This document shows, one piece after another, positions 55,968 through 64,000 of a stretch of DNA of 64,000 nucleotides. This DNA comes from Rhizaria sp. SCN 62-66. Taxonomy: Eukaryota. Positions within the stretch are counted from its first letter, which is position 1, and each line of letters opens with the position of its first letter. The stretch is from NCBI GenBank assembly GCA_001724265.1, contig MEDY01000208.1, positions 1-64,000 on the forward strand. Direction: 5' to 3'. The position numbers were made by a program, and so were the translations under genes. Under the pieces are notes generated by a model. That model was not told the DNA's origin and did no database searches. It saw nothing but the letters and a program-made list of their open reading frames with translations.

Positions 55968-57033
55968 TTAGAGCTCCTCCTCAAACTCGGCGTCGAGCTC
56001 GACGTCGAACTCGGCGTCGATCTCGGCCTCGGCCTCAGCCTCGAGGTCCATCTCGGCCTCAGCCTCAGCCTCGATCTCAGCCTCGGCGTCGACCTCAGTC
56101 TCGAGCTCGGCCTCAGCGTCAACCTCAGCCTCGGCATCAACCTCAGCCTCGGCATCAACCTCAGCCTCGGCATCAACCTCAGCCTCGGCATCAACCTCAG
56201 CCTTCAGCCTCGGCCTCAGCGTCAACCTCAGCCTCGGCCTCGGCGTCAACCTCGACCTCGGCCTCGGCGTCAACCTCGAGGAAGGCGGGGGCCTCCTCCT
56301 CAGACTCGGCCTCAGCCTCGGCCTCAACCTCCTGCTCCTGCTCAGCCTCGCCCTCAGTCTCCTGCTCGGCGTCGGCCTCAGCCTCCTGGTCGGCGTCAGC
56401 ATCGCCCTCCTCCTCAGCCTCAGCCTCAGCGTCGACCTCAGTCTCGGCCTCAGCCTCGAACTCGGCATCAGCGTCGAGCTCGAAGAAGGCGGCAGGCACG
56501 ACAGCGGGCTGGACGAAGCCGGGGCGCTTGACAGCGACGCCGGCGGGGAGCACGTCAACGACGTCAGCGGTGGCGATGACGAGGTCGGCGGCGTCCTCCT
56601 CCTGACCCACAACGGCGGCCTCGGCGATGTCGAGCTCGCGGCGGGGCTGGGGGATGGTGAAGGAGCGCTTGCCAATCTGGACGGACTTAGCGCAAGAGTT
56701 CAGGGCAAGGTTCGAGTCCTTGGCACGCAGCTTCTCCACGGCCTCGGACGACTCGTCAAGGCAGGCGTTAGCGGTGGGAGCCCAGACGCAGTTGTGGAGG
56801 GTGACGCAGGTGTCGCACGACTTGGCGGTGACGCACTGGACGCCGGGCACCTTGCGGGTGGCCATGATGCCGTCGAGCTTGGGGGCAGCGACAACCTCGG
56901 GCTTCGCGGGCGCGGGCGCAGCCGCGGTAGTGTTGGCAGCCGGGGTGGTGGTGCTGTTAGCAGCCACATCGGCGGACACGAGCGCGGCCATGACGGCAGC
57001 GATGAGGAGCACAAGGACAGAGCGACCCTTCAT
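55968..57033 (-). CDS. Secreted PSI-like paralogue with a long acidic AEAEVD-repeat tail, ~354 aa; +1 frameshift at ~56203
   Basis: Signal MKGRSVLVLLIAAVMAALVSA; PGVQCVTAKSCDTCVTLHNCVWAPTANAC...SC. The acidic repeat continues from track ORF 56197-57045 into the frame of 55968-56675 once one base is removed from gct gaa ggc tga. Confidence 0.75.
56119..56203. repeat. 18-bp coding tandem repeat (tcaacctcagcctcggca) x4 plus a partial copy, inside a ~500-bp degenerate array (55975-56480) encoding AEAEVD
   Basis: Four exact copies read directly at 56119, 56137, 56155 and 56173. Confidence 0.9.
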
Positions 57034-57784
57034 TGCTTCACACACTGCAGAGTTGACAAGAGGGGAAGGGAAAAGTGGTTCATAAGTGGTATCAAGGATA
57101 AGCTATAGATCTGGCAGGTCTCATGTGAAATTCTCTACAGGTGAAATTATCAATTTCAAATACTAAATCGCGCAAATGAGTTTACTACGAAGTGGTAAAG
57201 ACGCTTGGAGAAGGGCAAAGGAGAGGTTGGATGGCATCCCCCACCAAGCAGACTTGGCGGTCCATACAGCTTCAGTAAGAGGTGAAAGCAAAGATTCTAT
57301 GCAATATAGTAATAATAGGAAATGCAACCTATATCATAAACGAGTCACAGTTTCATCGAGCGTCGTTTGGGTCTCGTGTAGACACTTTATTTGACCAGCC
57401 TCCCATCGGTCGATTGAGCTTGGTAGCGAAGTTAAGCCGCCCAAGACAAGAAGCACCGATCGAGACTGAGAGCAATGAGGAGCAAGCCCAAGTCGTCCCC
57501 AAGGAGGTCGGTGGTGAAATTGAGGCGTAGGATATGACGGCCTCAAAAGCTGTTGCGGCACCTAGAATTAAAAGCTAGTGCAGGGGCGACTTGATTCTAT
57601 GTTGTCGCTATTGAACTATCTTCACTGTCGGATGATACACCCTTTTCTTTGTCCATTTTAGTGCATTTCTCATTGCTCACTCACTGCTTTGCCTGTCCGC
57701 TCCCCTCTCGGTCCCCTCTGGACGCCCTCTTGTTGGGGTCTCGTAGTCACCCTTCGGAGGTCTAACAGTCGCAGTACGCAGGCC

Positions 57785-60700
57785 ATGACGACTCCGGCCG
57801 CTGTTCTGGACTTGTCCGATGCGGCGCGGGTCATGAACGGGCCCCTGCGCGTGTTGTGCCCGGATCCCTACCGCAGTCCCGACGACCGTGACGCGCAGAA
57901 CCACAAGCTTTTCACGCTACTGTGCAACTACCTTTCGCTCAGCCAGTTCGAGCTTGCCCGTCCCGTTATTACAGAGCTTTTCTTTGCATGTCCCGAGCGC
58001 ATTCTGCACCTTTTGCGCTCAATCATCGCCAAGACGATCCCCGACCAGTGGCTCTTCAACAAAACGGTTCCCTCGATCGGCCACCTGCAGTGGCTCGCTC
58101 TTGTCGAGTACGGCCAGCTCTACGCTAACGTCTTCGACAAGGCCACCGCGCTTACGCCCTCAGTCCCGCTCATCGTCGCCTCCAAGGACCCGCGCTTCGC
58201 CGCGCTGGCGCATTCGAGCGCGGTGACGCGTCACCCGATCAACCCGCTCGGTTTCATCACTCACGACCAGCTCGTGGTGCAGGTCATGGCGCTGGAGCTG
58301 CGCCGCGTCACCGCCGCGGGCTGCTTTGTGCGCGTTGAGCAAGAAGGCGACCAGGACGGCTTCTTCACCACGCCCGTCACCGCGCTCACAGCGGCCGGCC
58401 ACGCGGAATACCCCACGGCGACCCCGCCCAAGTGCAAGCTCGAGGTCAACATCGCCGATGCGCAGCTCGTCTTCACCGTCGCTACCACCGCCAAGCTGCC
58501 CCAGTCCGCCGCCAACAAGTCCGGCGCCGCCGCCGGCGCGCAGTCGAACAACAGCAGGTCTGGCGGCGGCAGCGGCACTGGCGCGACGACGCTCTTTGCG
58601 AAGGCCGTCATCGGGCTACACCAGCTCCGCGCCAAGGACAAGTACCACATCTGGGTGCCTCTGATCCCGCTGCACGCCAGCGACACCGCTGCTGCGGACC
58701 AACAGCTCGGCCGCATCCGCATCCGGCTCCGCTGGCGCCAGCAGTCGCTCGCCCCGCGCCGCGACGGATCGGCGCGCCTCTTCTCGGACCGCGCGATGTT
58801 GCTCATGGAGACAGACATCCTCCTCGCGCACGCCGCGGTCACCTACCCCGCGCTGCCGCCCGCCGCCGCGCTCGCCGCTGCCGAGTCGGGCTCAGGCGCC
58901 GCCGGGGCCCGCGGCGCGACCGCCGCCCGCAACACGGCCCGCGAGCCTTTGCTGCGGCCGGAGCATGTGAGCGAGATCCGCTCCTACTGCCTCGAGGCCG
59001 TGGGGCGCAAGGACCCCTCGCTGCTCATCTACCAGCGCCCCGCCGCGGATCCCACTGCGGCGCTGCTCCGCGGCGACGAGCCCGCGCCCGACGACGACGG
59101 CAACGGCAATAACGCGGACGGCAACGGTGCCGATACGGGCGCCGCGGGCGGGCTGCGCGGCAAGTACAAGCCGACGCACCGTATCCAGCACTCGCTGTCG
59201 GCGCTGCGTCGGCTGGTCCGTGAACACCCGTCGCTCGGACATGCGCTGTGCGCGCACTTGGCCGCGGTCCGCCCGCAGGACCCGACGTGGGTGTACCTCT
59301 ACGCCGAGCTCATCTTCGAAATGCTGCTGCGCCAGGAGCACCCCCAGGCCCTGCAGGCGCTGCTGACGCTCGTGCACGACATCTACCCCGGCGACGAGTT
59401 CTTCGCGGCGCTGTCGAACAACACGCCCGAGGCCGCCGCCGCGGCCGTGGCTGCCGCGGCGGGTGCGGGCCCCGGCGCCGCGGGCGTGCAGCAGCTCACT
59501 GGTCCGCGCGCCATGATGCGCGAAGTCTACCGCGCGCTCGTGCACTACGTGCACGACGACCCGGCCGCGCGCCAGCACCTCTTCCGCCTGCTGTCGCACA
59601 AGCGCCTCGTCACGGGGCTCGACGCGCCCGAGCTCTCCGGCCAAGAGCTGCTGCTGCTGTCGCGCGAGGAGGTTCTCGCCCGGCAGCGCCGCGTGCTGTC
59701 GCGCAAGTGCCGTGTGTACGGCGCACTTGTCGGAAACGAGCAAGTGCTCAAGCAGTTCTGCGCGCTTGAGGACTTTTACCTCCACGGCACCGCGGCCGCC
59801 GCCAAGGGCATCATCGCTGCGCGCACGCTGCAACTCCAGCCCGGCACGTCCGCCGCCGCGGCCAGCACCGGTGCCGCGGCGCCGCAGAGCAAGATCGCGC
59901 TGCTTCCGGGCACGCCGCGTGAGGGCGTCGAGCTCGACGTGCCGCTGTTTTTCCACTCGCTCGCCGACGCGCTGCGCGAGGTCGAGACGCTGCAGGCGCG
60001 CGCCGTGCGCGACTACGGCGTTGCCCCCGCGCAGCTGCCGGCGCACGTGCGCGAGCCGCTCTTCTCACTGCGCGAGGAAGCGTTCTCTGCGTTCTGGAGC
60101 GACTACTACAGCTTCACGCGCTCGCGCCGCGTGCATGTGTACGAATTCCCGCTTAAGTGCGCTCTGGAACTCGTGGGGACGATCTCGCGCATCGAGCTGG
60201 CGCCCGCCTGGCACGTCAAGGGCTACCCTTGCGCCGAAGGTACCGCGGGAGTCGTCACGGCGGCCGAGCGTGCGGCACTGACGGAGCTCTTCTGGTCCGC
60301 ACTTGAGACGCTGCTTGCACCGTTCAACTTCCTGCGTCCGCTGGTCGCGCTGCTGGCGTGGGACCGCGTCGACGGCAGCGCCGCGCTGCGCGGGGACGTG
60401 ATGCGCCGTGTGTGGCGGCCGTACCACCAGACGCTCGCCAACGCCGCCGTGTTCGAGTCGCTCATGGGGTCCGTGCTGGACACTGACGCCACGCCCGCGC
60501 ACGCCGCGTCAGAGGCCGCGCGCGCCGCCATGGGCAACGGCAGCAGCGAGCGTGCGGACAGCTTGACGGCGTCTGCGGCGACGGCGCCGGCCAGCGCGCG
60601 GCGGTCGCTGCAGCGGTTCGAGTGTGCGGAGCCGAAGCTCGTGCTGCACTGCAACCGGCTGGAGCTGGCTGTGGAGCTGAGCGAGATGGTCACCAACAAG

Positions 60701-63700
60701 GCGCCCTCGATGCTGCGCAAGTCACCAGAGGAGAAGGAGCGGCTCGGCCAGTGGCTCCTCACCCAGCTTACGCAGCAGTCGATTGTGCGCGCGCTCCAGC
60801 CGTACCTGGCGGAGCTCGATCCCGCGCTGCTCGTGCATGCGGTGAAGCGCCACATCGAGCTCGAGCTAAACGTGCGCTACGCCGAGGACGGCAGCAACGG
60901 CACCACTAACGCCGCCGGCGCCCCCGACGCTGACGCCGACGTCGACGCTGGCTCCGGTGCTTCTGTCGCCGCCGCTGCCGCCGGTGGCGACGCCAAGAAC
61001 GCTGACGGGGCGAAGGCCGACTCCACCAGCACTGCTGCCGCGGGCTCCGCTGCTTCCGCCGACGGCAGCGGCGCCTCTGCCTCTGGAGCCGCTGCTAGCG
61101 CTGATGCCAAGCCCGGGGACGCGCGGTTCGCTTCCACCATGGCGACCTGGCTCCCGGAGCAGCGCGCGCTGTTCGAGGCCACGGGTCTCGCGCCCGATGG
61201 TCAGATCCTCAACCCTACCCGCGTGCTGCGCGCTGCCGACGCCACGCTCGCGGCCGCGCGCGGCGGGTCCCGCGGCGTCGCGCGCACTGCGCTCGGTCAA
61301 ACGGCCGTGACGGAGCTGGTGCACGACCTGCACGTGCTGTGCGCGTACTACGCCGTCCGCAGCGTGCTCCGCGTTCTGCGTGCGCACTCAAGCGGCCGTG
61401 TGGTCAAGCCGGCCGTGCAGAGCGAGGCGCTCGAGGCGGCACGCATGTTCATGCTGTCGATGCAATACCGCGCGTACCAGGTGTCGACGCTGGAGAAGAT
61501 CTACTGCTTGCTCTTCACCACCGAAGCCGATCTGCGATCCTCGGTGGCGACCGACGGCGAGGACCCTGACGCGCCTCTGCTCTCGGCCGTCAAGGACAAA
61601 GCCGCCAAGAAGTCCGGCGGTAAGGGGAGCGGTGACAAGAAGGACGCCGCGGCGAGCGCGGATGAGGAGCTGCGCCAGCTCGACGCGCTGATGGACACCG
61701 GTGCATTGGGCAAGCAGGCGGGCGACCGCTTTGTCCTGCGCGGTGAAGTTCTCCTCTCGCTGCTGCAGTTCCTCGCTGACACGACCAAGACGATGCTCGC
61801 GGCCGTTGCGCGCGATGACGCGCCCATCGACGTCGCCGCGGCGGGCGCGTCCCCGGCGACCGCGGTGGCCGAGGTGGCGCAGCTCAAGCACCGCCTGCAC
61901 GCAGTCGCCGCGCAGGTCGAGGAAGGGCTGTGGCGCGCGCACAAGCTTCACGCCGTGCTCCAGGGCGAGGCGCCGACGACGCAGGGCACGCTCCTCGCGC
62001 GCAACTTCACCATGGGCCACGTCGTCGCCCCTCTGCACCACTTGTCTTCTTACCTCGTCCACATGGAGCAGCTCGACGATCCCGCCGCCCGCCTCTGTGC
62101 GCCTGTGCTGCCCGACGCACTGGCCGAGCATTCGCGCGAGTTTGCCGCCACGCTCAACAAGGCCGTCACGGACGCTGTGGCCATCGCCGCCGCGGCCGCC
62201 AACGTGTCGGCGTCGTCCACCGGCGTCGAGCACCTCAAGAACGCGATGGCCGCGATGGTGTCCGGTCAAACGGACCTCAGTTCGCAGGTTGTGCACGCCG
62301 AACGCATGAAGCAGGACGCGACGCTGTGGCGCGCGCTGTGCGAGCTGGTTGAGCGCCGCATCGACGAGAGCTCTGGCAACACCACGCTCAACGCCACTCT
62401 CGGCGGCGACACGAGCGACGCCGACATGGCGCTGGCCCGCCGCGCGCAGGCGTTGCTAGACGGCGTGCGGCCGCACTCGATGGTAGGCATCGCAATCGTG
62501 CCCGCGCCAGACCGTGCCACGGGATCCGGCAAGGCCGTGTCTGCGGCGTCGTTCGTGCAGTCGATCGACGCCTTCATCGAGAACCACTACCTCGCGCTGC
62601 AGTCCTCGGCCGCGGCCGGGCCTGGAGCCCCCGCGGCGGTGGCGCGCGCGCCCAAGCACGATGAGCTGCTCGAGCAGAAGTACCTCTTCGCAGTTGACCT
62701 CGCTGTGTCGTACGCGTCTGCGCTCACGCTCGAGCAGTACCAGTGCCTGCTCGACCTCGGTGTGCAGGCCGCGACGCAGCTGGGCCAGTACTGCGAGACC
62801 GCGCTCTTCTCGTACCTGTCCGAGCCCGCGCTTAACGCCGTCGAGGCCGCGATGCAGGACGCGCCGGAGCGCACGCGCCTCGCCGCGCAGGCCGCGCTCC
62901 GCGCCCAGCGCGCGCTCAAGGATACGCTCGCCGTGCGCGCGCGGCTGTGCGCGCTGTACATCAGCTACGCGCAGCGCCGTCGCGCCGAGAAGGACGGCGT
63001 CGCCGTCGCGCTGCTGCCCGAGACGCTCGGCGGCCCCGCGGGCAACGGCGGCATTTCCTCAGCGCAGCTGCTGTCGGGCAGCGCGGGCACCGCCAACGCC
63101 ACGGGCGCGTACTTGGCTGGCGTGAGCGCGGGCGACTTTACCGCCGCGTGGCGCCACTACACCAAGTCGATCGAGTCGTCGGCGGCGCAGCACGAGGCGC
63201 TGCTGCCGCCGTGCCCATTCACGGCCAAGACTGCGATCCACGTGGTCCGCTACCTGGCCGAGAGCTCTGCGCGCGAGGCGCTGCTGGCGTCGCGCGAGCA
63301 GATTGACTCGGCCGGTGCGCTCGCGGCCGCGCTGTCCACGGCGCCCACGTCCGCGGTCGCGGCGTCGCTCATGTCGGCAGCGTCGGTGCTGTCCCCGACC
63401 GGCGGCAACAACGCGCCCCACCGCGGCGCGGTCTCGGCGATCGACGCGCTGACCACGGACGGCACCGTCGACGCAGTCGTCGGCACGGTCGACTCGCGGC
63501 TCTACGCCGTGCTTGCGCGCGCCATGCTGCCCGCGCTGGCCGCCGTGCGCTTCGCTATGCCCGCGGCCGTGAGCACGCTGCTCGAAGCCGTCGAGGCCGT
63601 CACGCCCGCCAACGCCGTGCCCGGCGAGACGCGCATCGCCGTCGCCAACAAGACGGTGCCGTCGGCGCTCGATGAGGCGATCGCGGTGTCGACGCAGTAC

Positions 63701-64000
63701 TCGCGCTTTCTCCCCACGCTCGCGCGCTGGGTGCAGTGGCGCGCGCAGGCGTACCAGCGCCTCGCGCAGTGGGTCGAGCTCGTCGTGCGCCCCGGGCTCC
63801 TCGTGCTCGCAGACGGGTCGCTCGTCAACGTGCACTCGGGCGCCGTCTCGGTCGTGCAGACGCTGACTGACCTTCTGGCCAAGGAGAACGCGTACCGCGA
63901 TGCCCAGGCGTACACGCAGATGTTTCTGTCGTACATCGAGACGATCCGCTGGCTTGCTCAGCGCGGCGCCTCTGCGGCGAGCTCTGTGGGCGCCAACACT
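57785..64000 (+). CDS. ZFYVE26/SPG15 (spastizin)-like large helical protein with a C2-like insertion; 3'-truncated by the window end (2072 open codons)
   Basis: Missing from the ORF track because there is no stop in the window; no listed + ORF here uses this frame. N-terminus KLFTLLCNYLSLSQFELARPVITELFFACPERILHLLRSII...VPSIGHLQWLALVEY resembles the ZFYVE26 N-terminus; later FLRPLVALLAWD and SPTLARWV. Strong coding codon bias. Confidence 0.7.
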   Translation, partial: MTTPAAVLDLSDAARVMNGPLRVLCPDPYRSPDDRDAQNHKLFTLLCNYLSLSQFELARPVITELFFACPERILHLLRSIIAKTIPDQWLFNKTVPSIGHLQWLALVEYGQLYANVFDKATALTPSVPLIVASKDPRFAALAHSSAVTRHPINPLGFITHDQLVVQVMALELRRVTAAGCFVRVEQEGDQDGFFTTPVTALTAAGHAEYPTATPPKCKLEVNIADAQLVFTVATTAKLPQSAANKSGAAAGAQSNNSRSGGGSGTGATTLFAKAVIGLHQLRAKDKYHIWVPLIPLHASDTAAADQQLGRIRIRLRWRQQSLAPRRDGSARLFSDRAMLLMETDILLAHAAVTYPALPPAAALAAAESGSGAAGARGATAARNTAREPLLRPEHVSEIRSYCLEAVGRKDPSLLIYQRPAADPTAALLRGDEPAPDDDGNGNNADGNGADTGAAGGLRGKYKPTHRIQHSLSALRRLVREHPSLGHALCAHLAAVRPQDPTWVYLYAELIFEMLLRQEHPQALQALLTLVHDIYPGDEFFAALSNNTPEAAAAAVAAAAGAGPGAAGVQQLTGPRAMMREVYRALVHYVHDDPAARQHLFRLLSHKRLVTGLDAPELSGQELLLLSREEVLARQRRVLSRKCRVYGALVGNEQVLKQFCALEDFYLHGTAAAAKGIIAARTLQLQPGTSAAAASTGAAAPQSKIALLPGTPREGVELDVPLFFHSLADALREVETLQARAVRDYGVAPAQLPAHVREPLFSLREEAFSAFWSDYYSFTRSRRVHVYEFPLKCALELVGTISRIELAPAWHVKGYPCAEGTAGVVTAAERAALTELFWSALETLLAPFNFLRPLVALLAWDRVDGSAALRGDVMRRVWRPYHQTLANAAVFESLMGSVLDTDATPAHAASEAARAAMGNGSSERADSLTASAATAPASARRSLQRFECAEPKLVLHCNRLELAVELSEMVTNKAPSMLRKSPEEKERLGQWLLTQLTQQSIVRALQPYLAELDPALLVHAVKRHIELELNVRYAEDGSNGTTNAAGAPDADADVDAGSGASVAAAAAGGDAKNADGAKADSTSTAAAGSAASADGSGASASGAAASADAKPGDARFASTMATWLPEQRALFEATGLAPDGQILNPTRVLRAADATLAAARGGSRGVARTALGQTAVTELVHDLHVLCAYYAVRSVLRVLRAHSSGRVVKPAVQSEALEAARMFMLSMQYRAYQVSTLEKIYCLLFTTEADLRSSVATDGEDPDAPLLSAVKDKAAKKSGGKGSGDKKDAAASADEELRQLDALMDTGALGKQAGDRFVLRGEVLLSLLQFLADTTKTMLAAVARDDAPIDVAAAGASPATAVAEVAQLKHRLHAVAAQVEEGLWRAHKLHAVLQGEAPTTQGTLLARNFTMGHVVAPLHHLSSYLVHMEQLDDPAARLCAPVLPDALAEHSREFAATLNKAVTDAVAIAAAAANVSASSTGVEHLKNAMAAMVSGQTDLSSQVVHAERMKQDATLWRALCELVERRIDESSGNTTLNATLGGDTSDADMALARRAQALLDGVRPHSMVGIAIVPAPDRATGSGKAVSAASFVQSIDAFIENHYLALQSSAAAGPGAPAAVARAPKHDELLEQKYLFAVDLAVSYASALTLEQYQCLLDLGVQAATQLGQYCETALFSYLSEPALNAVEAAMQDAPERTRLAAQAALRAQRALKDTLAVRARLCALYISYAQRRRAEKDGVAVALLPETLGGPAGNGGISSAQLLSGSAGTANATGAYLAGVSAGDFTAAWRHYTKSIESSAAQHEALLPPCPFTAKTAIHVVRYLAESSAREALLASREQIDSAGALAAALSTAPTSAVAASLMSAASVLSPTGGNNAPHRGAVSAIDALTTDGTVDAVVGTVDSRLYAVLARAMLPALAAVRFAMPAAVSTLLEAVEAVTPANAVPGETRIAVANKTVPSALDEAIAVSTQYSRFLPTLARWVQWRAQAYQRLAQWVELVVRPGLLVLADGSLVNVHSGAVSVVQTLTDLLAKENAYRDAQAYTQMFLSYIETIRWLAQRGASAASSVGANT

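Noticed and set aside
55975-56480. Regular short repeats superficially like a CRISPR array
   Set aside because: They are contiguous codon-phased tandem repeats with no unique spacers and no cas genes, in a eukaryotic context.

Overview
Gene-dense, GC-rich eukaryotic (protist-like) genomic DNA, with no recognisable prokaryotic, phage, CRISPR, rRNA, tRNA or transposon content. I support 19 protein-coding genes, eight of them with a single GT-AG intron of 126-256 nt. In order: a BACK-domain/multi-TM protein, an AttH/CrtC-like::GGPP-synthase fusion, an MCT-type MFS transporter, an ETFRF1/LYRM5-like protein, mevalonate kinase, a saposin/Canopy::thioredoxin-like KDEL protein, an RlmD/TrmA-type m5U methyltransferase, a WD40 protein, a TMEM70-like mitochondrial protein, NOP53, an EF-hand::NMP-kinase fusion, a Cys-rich surface protein, LYAR, a CDPK, an FMR1/FXR-like protein, VPS54, two PSI-like secreted paralogues, and a ZFYVE26/SPG15-like gene running off the right end. 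Four signals stand out. (1) A probable non-standard nuclear genetic code: six in-frame TAG codons interrupt two otherwise open genes, including codon 42 of mevalonate kinase, and none of the 18 complete genes ends in TAG (11 TAA, 7 TGA). This suggests UAG is a rare sense codon, probably Gln. (2) A YAG splice-acceptor-like site, usually after a pyrimidine tract, lies within 11 nt upstream of the start ATG in 16 of 19 genes, suggesting spliced-leader trans-splicing or near-universal 5'-UTR introns. (3) A full-architecture FMRP-like gene occurs in a CDPK-bearing, non-animal eukaryote, with an intron at the position of human FMR1 intron 1. (4) A prenyltransferase is fused to a hydratase/cyclase-fold domain close to mevalonate kinase. 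All family assignments come from motif recognition by eye and from memory; no searches were run.
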